Source: Catajapyx aquilonaris (Eukaryota). From it: a stretch of DNA of 64,000 nt. The notes below the pieces were generated by a model that searched no databases, was not told the origin of the DNA, and saw nothing but the letters and a program-made list of their open reading frames with translations. Each line of letters opens with the position of its first letter. Positions within the stretch are counted from its first letter, which is position 1. The position numbers and the translations under genes were made by a program. Location: contig JYFJ02000248.1 in the NCBI GenBank assembly GCA_000934665.2, forward strand, positions 62,001 to 126,000, in the 5' to 3' direction. Positions 12,408-24,171 of the stretch are shown piece by piece.

Positions 12408-15400
12408 ATGGCCACGTCTTATCTGAGCTCTGTCTGCGAGTCTGCCTCCGACATGTGGGAGTACATATTGGGAGACCCTAATTCCCAGGCATACCCAGGG
12501 GCCAGGTATGTGGTGGCAGCGGGTGTCGCAGGACTGGCCATCTACGCCACCTCAAAGGCCCTCGGACTGCCAGCGAATAGCAGAAAGGTGACACTTTTTG
12601 TGTAGTTTTTATCACAGTCGTGCCAAGCAACTGGGATTGTTTTTTCACCATAAAACAGAAGGAGCTTCAAGGACGCATCGAGGAGAGGAAGAAGCAGAGG
12701 GCCAAGCAAATAAAGGATCTGGCTGATAAGGTTGCGGTCAACGGAGTGCTGGTCACGCCAGAGAGGAAGAAAATTCTGGATCTCTCTGCGACTGATTTGG
12801 TGGAAAACATCAGAAACGGAAAGCTGACATGCGTGGACGTTCTCAGGGCGTATCAGGCCAAGGTACCGTGCTTTATGCTGGAAAACATAACCTTTCCTGT
12901 CTGCACAGTTGAAAGGAAGATTAAACTCGTGACCTTGTAATCAGCCGATCAACTCATGTTGAATGTTGCGGTTTTACTGAACGTTTGTAAACGTGTTGTA
13001 CTGTACTTGACTGTACGTACTATTATTTTTCTGCACACCTGCAGGCCATAGAAGTGACGAGAGAAATCAACTGCGTGGTGGAATTTATTAACGAAGCAGA
13101 GGTATGTTAAATGGTGTGTTGCAAAAGCACCGTGTTTCTCATCCACTACAATAGACTATTGTATGAGCTCAAATTGTGGATGAAATCACCTTAGGAATGG
13201 AGCAACGCCATGGACATGTATCCGAATCCGGAGCTTCCTCTTTGTGGTCTTCCTGTGAGCATAAAGGAAGACTTTGCCATCACAGGGTACGACAACACCT
13301 TGGGATACGCCAAGTTCATCGGACGCACCCAGACCTCCGATGCAGTGGTGGTGGCCATCTTGAAGCAGCTCGGGGCTGTACCTTTCTGTCGAACAAACGT
13401 GCCGCAAACCATCATGAGGTGCGCAATTTTTGCGTGACAAAAACTGGCAACTAAATATAATATTACTCCCTTCTTCAGCTATGCATGTAGTAATCCGATA
13501 TACGGGGCGACTAAGAATCCTCACGACCCAAAGAGGGGTCCTGGAGGTTCTTCTGGAGGTGAAGCTGCCTTGATTGGTGCTGGAGGGTCTCTGATCGGAA
13601 TAGGAGACGACATCGGAGGAAGCGTTAGGATTCCGGCTCATTTCTCTGGGATTGCTTCCATCAAGCCAACCACAGGTCGTCTGAGGTAAGACGAATTCGA
13701 TTAAGCTTCGATACACTCTTAGACGACTCTTCTTCTACTGAGGGAATTTGAATGGTCTCTCTCATCACCTTTCAGCGACAATGGGCAAATTCCTTCGACG
13801 CCTGGCGTACAAGGCAGTAAGTACACAGCTATATGTTTTTGGCCAATAGTGTACATTTTGAGGTCTACCAATATCAGTGCTGTACAGTATTTGGCCATTT
13901 TAATAATACCTGCGTGTTAAAAAATTGTGTCTGCATTCGCCTTTGTAGTACGGAACAGCCCTGGATTTATGGCAAAGGACGTGGACACTGTGATTCTTGG
14001 GGCCAAGGCGGTGTGGTCAAGCGGACTTATTCACCAGTTGGACCCTCCTAGTTTGCCAATTCTATGGCGTGAAGAGGTAGGTTCAAATGACCCATATCAC
14101 CATATGAACCCCTTTTTTTGCAGTGTTGCGTTGTGATGCCTTAAAATATTCATGTTTTTCATGTCAAAAGCGTCAACATCTTTTCACAATTTCCAGCTGT
14201 TTAGTGGGAAGAAAAAGCTCCGCATTGGTTATTACGACTCGAGCAACGTGTATCCTCCAACTCCTGGAGTGAAAAGAGCTATCAGACTGGCAGTGGAGGC
14301 TTTGAAATCTGCAGGACACGATCTAGTACCATTTGCATGTCCGGATTCATTAGAAGTGTCCAACCGGATCTTTAGACATTGCGACGCAGATGAGGGAAAA
14401 ACAATTGGGGCGTACTTGTAAGACTATACACTAATGCATAAGGCCTACGTGACCTAGATTAATTATTTCTTTGGAAGTGTAACCTGCAGCAGAGTCATTT
14501 TGATTAATTATTTATTTGATGAGATACTTATTTGTTATTGATTCAATTAATCATATTTTTATTTTTTACAGGAAGGACGAGATTGTAGATCCAGCTGTAC
14601 AAAAGAAAGACCTTCCCTTGGTTTATCGCTTGCCCAAATGTCTACTTAACGTGTTAAGTCCAGTACTCGGGATGGTTATGAAGCATCATCCTGGGCCTTC
14701 AGCTGGTATGATACTATTTAGCTGCAATGCTATTGTCATGCATGAATTTAGGTCAACCTTTTTGTTTGCTTTACTTGCAGACCACAGTTCATACCAGCTG
14801 TGGAAAGACATGGCCGGAAAACAAGTGTTTATTAATGAGACAATATCCCGATGGCGAAGGGCTAAGCTGGACCTTTTGTTGGCTCCTGGATTTGGGTATC
14901 CTGCAATTCCGAACGAATATTGTCACACCTTGTTTGGTAAGCGGACAAAATGTGTAAATGGTTTATCATGGAAATGTAATGGCTGAACAATTTGCACTCT
15001 CTTCATCTAAAAAGCTAGTCTTATTTTTCAAAACATTTTGGGTGCTTTTTCTCCAGGTGGTGTGATATACACTGCACTTTACAACCATCTGGACTTCCCA
15101 GCTGGAGCCGTGCCAGTGACAAAGGAAACTTCTGAAGATCAGGCTCAATTGGAAAATAATTATGACACCCGAGGTGATTTCATGTTGGAGCTCACAAAGA
15201 AGGTAATGAGTTATGCAATGTCAGAAGAAATATCCCTCGTTAGCAGATCTTATTTGCTTCAGTGAAGTTGTGTCAACAATGACGTGTTAACATTATTGTG
15301 CTGAATTCCACAGGTGGTTCGTGGAGCCGAAGGGTGTCCTTTGGGAGTTCAAATTGTGGGTCTTCCCTGGCAGGAGGAGCTGGTGCTCAGGGGAATGAAG

Positions 15401-15436
15401 GAGCTGCAGGATGCTCTCAAAACGAAGAAGAAGTGA
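12408..15436 (+). CDS. FAAH: FAAH-like amidase, copy 4 (12 exons)
   Basis: Starts MATSYLSS..., followed by a TM segment, [14 protein letters not shown] and [11 protein letters not shown]. Ends LKTKKK* (TGA 15434-15436). Confidence 0.92.
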
Positions 15437-16464
15437 ACCGTTTTTAATGCTGAATTTAATGCATGTTGAGGCGAACCAAGAGTAAAAGGAAGATTACCCG
15501 CAGGTGCCTCCTTGTCATAGTGGTCAGCGATTTTTGGGAAAAGCTGCTTATAACCACTCTTTATAGGTCATAATTGTTTATAATTTTTTGTCAAGTATAA
15601 CCCGCCGCTAATAATGTGTAAGGCTGAATTGAATTTCCATCCAATATTTCAAATGCAATATTTTCTACTGTAACACGGTATGTGAACGTTCAACTACTGA
15701 ACAGTGATCATTTGTGAGACTGTATGCGCTATTCAAAACAGTGTCGAATCAAGGACTTCATTATGCTAACCCTTGATGTATGACTTATTGTAGCGAAGAA
15801 CAGTATTTGTTACATAAAAATAAAGTGGTTGGTCCGCTGTGTCATTCAGTAGGCCTATGTACCATACTTTTATGCGTCATTTTTATGGAATGAGAAGAAC
15901 ACTTACTGGAATTTTAAAAATGTACCTTTTGACAGAACTAATAATTTTTCAGCAAAAAAATATAGGAAATAATATATTTCGTTACGATTGCATTTTCATT
16001 GGGTGAAATGTTCCCTTCTTTCATATAGTTATTCCCCTTTCCGAATTATTGCGTCTGCATTATACTCGCCACTGGCTGGTGGCACTGGCTATAGTTTTAA
16101 TAGCGTATAAATTTTATGAATTTACAATGCTTAACATTTTAACTAATCAGAGTAATTTTAAAAAGTGACCAAAATCTTAACCTCGAGGAACAGGACCTGC
16201 AGTATGCGGTGCTTCTGATTTCCTGGCAACAAGTGACGTTTACGATTTGTGCGTTTCAAAAAAAACTTAGGTTGCGTTGTATTAACTCAAATTATGGAAA
16301 GAAAATCTCCGACTATTTCGCAGTAGCCTACACAATCAGACACGTTCCTTCACTGTGAAGACGATAACTTACAGACTATCGGTATTATCTCGGCCGATAA
16401 AAATATTGATTTCAAAAACCCTTCTGCCCTCTCTCTTGTTTTAGTCAAGAAAACTCCGCCACAT

Positions 16465-16661
16465 CCTTCCACCTCTAAGGACCCGAGTTCGATCCCCGTG
16501 TCGGACGGAGGATACTTATATGTGGAAGCGTTTCGATGGGTTCTCGCCGTGTCTGCGTGGGTTTTCTCAGTGTTCTCCCGTTTCCTCCTACTACCAAAAA
16601 CCTATCACATGAATGCCAGATAGCCTTAGTTGCTTTGGCACAACCAACAAACCAGCCAACC
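16465..16661 (+). mobile_element. 5'-truncated tRNA-derived SINE with V-domain-like core
   Basis: Pol III B-box GAGTTCGATCCC at 16485-16496. Core TGTGG..GTTCTCGCCGTGTCTGCGTGGGTTTTCTC..CGTTTCCTCC at 16521-16590. (CAAC)-like tail at 16641-16661. Lies in a ~260 bp block (16419-16679) absent from the paralogous spacer at ~11780. Confidence 0.75.
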
Positions 16662-17035
16662 ATGACCTACATCGCTGCAGTCAGTATACTGTAGCGGTAC
16701 AGTCCACAGGCGATCACTAACCATAACTGATTCCCTTATTTTCCCCCCACGTAAAGTGATTCGAGTAAAAAATCATGATTGACCTGAGTCTGAATTGAGG
16801 TCGGCTACGTCACTCTTCCACACGTGAAAGGAAATAACTTGGCCAGCCATTCACACACAACATTCTGCCGCGTTTCCTGCACAAAAATTGGCTCGGATTG
16901 ATTACCTAATAACAAGCCTACATACGCCAGTAGACACTCCTTACACCCCCTCTGTGCCTCTACAGTGCACTAGTTGCAAAAGAGAGCTGCAAGGCTCAGC
17001 ACCCGTCCATTTAGCCGGCCGGCACAAGGTCCGTC

Positions 17036-20000
17036 ATGGCCACGTCTTATCTGAGTTCTGTCTGCGAGTCTGCCTCCGACATGTGGGAGTACATACTGGG
17101 AGACCCTAATTCCCAGGCATACCCGGGGGCCAGGTATGTGGTGGCAGCGGGTGTCGCAGGACTGGCCATCTACGCCACCTCAAAGGCCCTCGGACTGCCA
17201 GGGAATAGCAGAAAGGTGACACTCTTTCGTGTAGTTATTAATGAAGTGTCTGGCAAATTCTGGAATTATTTTCCATCATACGCTACTTGGTAACAGAAGG
17301 AGCTTCAAGGACGCATCGAGGAGAGGAAGAAGCAGAGGGCCAAGCAAATAAAGGATCTGGCTGCTAAGGTTGCGGTCAACGGAGGGCTGGTCACGCCAGA
17401 GAGGAAGAAAATTCTGGGGCTCTCTGCGACTGATTTGGTGGAAAATATCAGAAACGGAAAGCTGGCCTGCGTGGACGTTCTCAGGGCTTATCAGGCTAAG
17501 GTAGGTGCCGTACTGCGAGTAGAGCAGATTGTATCATATTATGGCGTTATAGTTTATATGTAAACAATCTTAACTCATATAAATACCTACGAAAACAGAC
17601 TTCCAAACAGAGAATTGAAAGCGAAGTTGAATGTACTCGGAAGTAATAAAGTGTTCCTGACCTTGTAATCAGCTGTTCAACTCAGATTGAATATCGCGAC
17701 TTTATACTGCACTTTGCTTAACATGTGCATAGGTTTGAATATTATCTTCATTATGTTCATCTGCAGGCCATAGAAGTGACAAGAGAACTCAACTGCGTGG
17801 TGGAATTTATTAACGAAGCAGAGGTATGTTAAATGGTGTGTTGCAAAAGCACCTTGCTTCTCATCCACTACAATAGACTATTGTATGAGCTCAAATTGCG
17901 GATGAAATCACCTTAGGAATGGAGCAACGCCATGGACATGTATCCGAATCCGGAGCTTCCTCTTTGTGGTCTTCCTATCAGCATAAAGGAAGACTTTGCC
18001 ATCACTGGCTACGACAACACCTTGGGATATGCCAAGTTCATCGGACGCACCCAGACCTCCGATGCAGTGGTGGTGGCCGTCTTGAAGCAGCTTGGGGCTG
18101 TACCTTTCTGTCGAACAAACGTGCCACAAACCATCATGAGGTGCGCAATTTTTACACGACAAAAACTGGCAACAAAATATCATATGTCTCCCTTCTTCAG
18201 CTATGCCTGCAGTAATCCGATATACGGGGCGACTAAGAATCCTCACGACCCAAATCGGGGTCCTGGAGGTTCATCTGGAGGTGAAGGTGCCTTGATTGCT
18301 GCAGGAGGATCGCTGATCGGAATAGGAGACGACATCGGAGGAAGCGTTAGGATTCCGGCTCATTTCTCTGGGATCGCTTCCATCAAGCCAACCACAGGTC
18401 GGCTCAGGTAAAAAAGAACTCGGCAGTAATTCGTACGTAGACTAAACGACAGAGGACGTTTTGAATCAGAAAGGTTTCCCTATACACCTGTAGTAACACA
18501 TATACTTTGTAGCCTTATGGCTTATTAATCCTGTCATTTCAGCGACAATGGACAAATTCCTTCATCGCCTGGGATACAAGGCAGTGAGTATACCCCGCAA
18601 TAACTATTTGTGACATAATTATGATCTTAATTGCATAACAACCTGCAGTGTACTGAACTCTGCTACTTTCTAATAATATTCCTTCGCCAAATTTTCCTGT
18701 ATAGTCCGGAACAGTCCTGGAATTATGGGAAGAGACGTGGACACTGTGATTCTTGGGGCCAAGGCGGTGTGGTCAAGCGGGCTAATTCACCAGCTGGACC
18801 CTCCTAGTTTGCCAATCCCATGGCGTGAAGAGGTAGGTTAAAATTCGCTGCGCTGCATTTAGACATTCCTAAGCGTCCAACATCATTTTCACACTTCCCA
18901 GCTGTTTAGTGGGAAGAAAAAGCTCCGCATCGGTTATTACTACTCGAGCAACGTGTTTCCTCCAACTCCCGGAGTGCAAAGAGCTCTCGGACTGGCAGTG
19001 GAGGCTTTGAAATCGGCTGGACACGAACTCGTCCCATTTCCATGTCCTGATTCATTGGAAGTGTCCAACCGCATAATTAGACTGTGCGACGCAGATGAGA
19101 AAAAAACGATTGGACCTCTCTTGTACGTACTCATGCACATTATGCATAACGAGATAACCCATTTTTTACAGCAGTAGCAATTCATGATGCATATATTTTT
19201 GCCTGATTAATTGCAGAAAGGACGAGATAATAGACCCAGCTATAAGAGTGAAGGATCTTCCTTTAATATACCGAATGCCCAAACGGTTACTTAACGTGTT
19301 ACGTCCATTACTCGAAATGGTCTTGACGCGGCCTCTTGCTCCGGCAGCAGGTATGAAGAGCAACAATATTCTTGGCATGAATATTTTTAAGTAAACATTT
19401 TTGTTTCTTTAACTCGTAGACACCCGTTCATACCAGTTGTGGAAAGATATGTCAGAGAAACAAGTGTTTATTAATGAGACTATATCCCGATGGCGAAGGT
19501 CTAAGCTGGACATTTTGTTGGCTCCTGGATTTGCGTTTCCCGCTATTCCGAACGAATACTGCAAAACTTTGTCTGGTAAGTTGCACAAAATATTGAAATG
19601 GTTCAATATGTTACCGTTTCACGCCTTTTCATATGAATAAATTTAAAAACTTCCTCATACCTGTGGGATTTTTTTTTGCCCAGTGGCTATTAGAACAATA
19701 ACGAAATTGTTCTGGTTTTTTTCAGCCGGTGTGATATATACGGGTCTTTACAATCACCTGGACTTCCCAGCTGGAGCTGTGCCAGTGACTAAGGAAACTG
19801 CGAACGATCAGGCTCAACTGGAAAAGAATTACGACACCCGAGGCGATTACCTATTGGAGATAACAAAGAAGGTAAAGAATTCTTGGATCGGATGAATTTT
19901 TTCTCATCAACAGGAAGTACTTGAAATTGTGTCAACAATTAGGTGTTAATACTGTATACATGCAATATATTCTACAGGTGGTACGTGGAGCCGAAGGGTG

Positions 20001-20100
20001 TCCTTTGGGAGTCCAAATTGTGGGTCTTCCCTGGCAGGAGGAGCTGGTGCTCAGGGGAATGAAGGAGCTGCAGGATGCTCTCAAAACTAAAAAGAAGTGA
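17036..20100 (+). CDS. FAAH: FAAH-like amidase, copy 5 (12 exons)
   Basis: Starts MATSYLSS..., followed by a TM segment, GLPISIKE, GGSSGG and [11 protein letters not shown]. Ends LKTKKK* (TGA 20098-20100). Confidence 0.92.
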
Positions 20101-21321
20101 TCGGTTGCCCTCACATTTCAATTCTAATTTTTGTAACGATAATAACAGCAAACTACACGAACTTCACCAACAATTCATAATCTTATATAATGTATGAATG
20201 CTGAAACTATTGAATATTTTGTACACTATCGAAATATAAAAATATTTGGTTTCAACAACACTCAATGTATGGCATGTAATATAGTTAATTATCATTTTGA
20301 TTACATAAATAAAATTGAAAAATGAGTAATACGTTTTTCTGGCAACGGGTAATGGTTGATCATTTCTCAGTCATATTTTATAGATTGCCTCTGCAGCTAT
20401 GAGAAGCTCACTACACGATATTAATTAAATACATAAATTATTTTGCAGGAATAATGTTGACAGTATCAAAAGAGCCCAATGATCCTTTCAACAAAGCTTT
20501 CTTATAGCCCATCTCATTCATGAAAAATGTCAAAGTGCAAAATTCAATGGCACTTAACAATATTATTTGGCAAACATTGTGCACAAAATAATGACGTACG
20601 TATATAACAGCACAACAGTAAATTGCCAGAGAGTGAAATGTGCCAATAGTAGGTTAAAAGTGAATGTTATTGTATGGATTTAATTGTATTGTACTGTATG
20701 TGGTATACCGCATAATTATGTGTGTCACACCTACTTTTTTATCAAATTAATCTAAACTAAATCACGAACCGTACCGTGATGCTTATGTCATTCCTCCTAC
20801 TTTATGGTTGCGCATTTCTGGCACACAATGTGCTTGCAAAATTTTGTAATTCAAGATGCAGCGAAACCTGTTTTTTCTACGAATAACTTGGTTCGCAAAG
20901 AATTTCCTTATATACCAACAGGTTTTCGGTTATTTCCCATCAATTTTTCAGGTACAATTTTCCACCAATTTCCGGATCATTTGGTAGTTAGGTTTTCCTC
21001 TAAGTATTGCCCACAAAATTCTGCACATCCCACCTTCTATCACCATATAATGAGAGTCATTTGCAAGATGATAGTCAGCCTGCTTCCGTTGCAAGCAAGA
21101 GAAAAAAAAAAGTTGACCCACTTTAAGTCTTTGCCACTCATGATATGAGGAAGGGGAAGAAGAAGTTGTTGTTTGTCCTGCTTGCCTGGTTCTCCTAAAC
21201 TGCGAACCAGTCGAAAAGACATGGCAACCTCGGGACCGTTCGGCCTCAAAGGTGTGACACAGATTCCACTGCCGATCAACACTTCTTCTTCTCCAAGCAC
21301 AGGTTCGACTCACGCTCTGAC

Positions 21322-21741
21322 ATGGCTCCCAAAGGATTTTGCTCTAAAAAGGTCAGTGATGCCATCCTCTTCTGACTTTTGCCACCTTAAATTTTTTGCT
21401 GAATAATTTACCAGAGGATTCTTCGAGAGCGTATCAATGAGAGGAAAGAGAGGAGGATTAGGCAAGTTGAAGATTTGGCGGCCAAAATTGCGGTCAATGG
21501 AGTTCTTGTGACACCAGAGAGGCAGGAAATATTGAAACTTCCAGCTCAAGTCCTGATTGACAAGATGAAGACAGGAAAGTACAAGTGCGCTGATGTACTA
21601 CGTGCATTCCAAGCTAAGGTAATTGAACTTGATTTTTTTTTCCTTCATGATATGACCTCGGACATTTACGGCGTAAAAACCTGTATTCCGCATGCTATAT
21701 ATTAGAAATATTATTGCGCATTATACAGGTTTCTGAATTGA

Positions 21742-21822
<81 letters not shown>

Positions 21823-24171
21823 GCCAGGCCAATCCCATTTCATCAGCACATTAATTTCTTGTTTACTTTTTTCGCTATTTAATTTCTGTTAATATTACTC
21901 AATATTATATGAGTACCGCATTTGGATATATGCAATTTCTCATGATAAAATTTTTATTTCAGGCGATAGAAGCGACAATGGCTTGCAATTGCGTTGTGGA
22001 GTTTATTAACGAAGCTGAGGTTCGTGTTCAGATGAAGTCTCAAAGTGTGAGTGCGAAAATAATCACATTTAGCGAATTTTGTTAAATAGGAATGGAGTCG
22101 GGCTCTTGACATGAGTCCTAATGTCAACCTTCCCTTGAGAGGCCTGCCGGTCAGCATTAAAGAAGATTTCGCAATCACAAACTATGACAACACCTTGGGA
22201 TACGCAAAATTCCTAGGTTGCAGAAAAGAATCAGACGCAGTCGTGGTCGCAACACTGAAACAGCTGGGTGCCATTCCTTTTTGCAGAACCAACATTCCTC
22301 AGACTCTTATCAGGTTTGCAAATCTCTAATTGCCTACACAGTAATTTTGTTCTCGACGTAATGCAGCACTGCCCCTTGATTTTTTCCTCCAGCTCTGCTT
22401 GCAGCAATCCGATATACGGAGCTACACTTCATCCCCTGAACCCAGACAGAGGTCCAGGAGGCTCCTCAGGTGGTGAAGCTGCACTAATTGCCAGCGGAGG
22501 ATCACTACTCGGAATAGGAAGTGATATTGGCGGAAGTGTCAGGATATCTGCTCTTTTTTGCGGAATTGTGGCTCTCAAGCCGACCAAAGGTCGCATAAGG
22601 TCAGTTGGCCATAATAATTTAAAATCGGGGAAAAAAGTAATTGTCATTATGTGACATCACGGTATAAGGCATCTGAAAAATTTCTTATGTAATGATATGG
22701 TGTGTGTGTATCTTTTTTAGTGATAAAGGACAGCAGCCGTCTTTACCTGGCGTTCAAGGAGGTAGGTTTTCCAAAATTCAACAAAATATTTTTATTAAAC
22801 GGTATCAATTTTTTTGCAATAGTAAACAACAGCCCTGGAATTATGTCGAAAGACGTGGACACTGCGATACTTGGTGCCAAATGTTTGTTATCCAGTCTAG
22901 CAATGCACGACATGGACCCTCCCACAGTGCCAATTCCATGGCGTGACGATGTAAGTGGATCACACCAATTACTAAATGAAAATTGAGATGGGCTAATATC
23001 ACTTTTGCACGCAGCTGTTTTCAAGAAAAACCCGTCTTCGCATCGGATATTACGATTCGAGCAAAGTGTTTCCACCAACACCCGGAGTCAGAAGAGCTCA
23101 TTGGACAGCAGTTGAGGCCTTGAGGGCATCAGGACATGAACTCATTCCATTCGAGTGTCCAGATTCATTCGAAGTCATGCACAGAATAATTCGATTGCTT
23201 ATGGCAGATAAAGCACATACTTTGCTTGGATTTATGTAAGCGGGTGATTTTTATCATCCAATTTTTTTTATCTCCATTTTAAATGTTTCTCTTTTGTACA
23301 TGTAGGAAGAACGAAAAGGTGGATCGAACTTTTAGAGATCAGCATATTGCTAATAAATTGCCAATGTGGATGAAAATTATGGGATATCCTTTCCTTCGGT
23401 TGTTTGCAAGACGTGCGTCATTTGTATTTGCAGGTGAGTCGTGACCTTGATTGTTTATGTTTTGAAAAAAATAAATTTCGTGCGTTTGCATAGATTCTAG
23501 TTCACATCAGCTTTGGAAGTCAATGAGCGAACGGCAGGAATTAATTAATAACACAATTAGTCGGTGGAGGGCGTCTAGACTGGACCTGCTTCTGACTCCC
23601 GGCTTCGCATTTCCGTCAATTCCAACCAACAAATGCGGATTGCTTTTTGGTAAGTGATCAAACCATTCAACAAACATACAGCGCAATGACAATGTAATTA
23701 TATTATTTGACAGCTTCGTGCGTGTACACGATCCTGTTCAACCACCTGGACTTCCCAGCTGGAGTGGTTCCAGTCACCACAGAAACCGAAGTCGATCAGA
23801 CTCAGCTCGAATCTTACGAAGTGCATCGTGACATCATCCTAATGGTTACCAAAATGGTAAGCAGAGTATAACATATGTGACATAGGACTTGCGATCATAA
23901 ATATTATGAGCAATAATTAATTGACTTAATATTAGCATGAAATCAGTTATACTATTATTCGGCAAAATTTAAACTTTTCGTTCCCTGGAAGTATGTATTA
24001 GGGTGATTGGTTGCAAAATTCTGATTATAATAATTTATGGCTGCATTTTTATTACAGGCTGTACGAGGATCTGCAGGCTTGCCATTGGGCGTTCAAATAG
24101 TAGGGCTTCCTTGGCAAGAGGAATTAGTTCTGAGAGGAATGAAAGAGCTGGAAGATGCTCTGAAGAGATGA
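21322..24171 (+). CDS. FAAH: FAAH-like amidase, copy 6 (divergent; short first exon [10 protein letters not shown], start uncertain)
   Basis: Exons 2-12 are collinear with the paralogs and contain [14 protein letters not shown] and [16 protein letters not shown]. Ends LEDALKR* (TGA 24169-24171). The phase-0 join to exon 2 requires the ATG at 21322. Confidence 0.85.
21742..21822. repeat. (ATT)27 microsatellite in intron 2 of FAAH copy 6
   Basis: Perfect trinucleotide run read directly from the sequence. Confidence 0.97.

Noticed and set aside
16465..16500. tRNA gene
   Set aside because: Only a B-box/T-arm is present, with no A-box or cloverleaf. It is followed by a SINE core.
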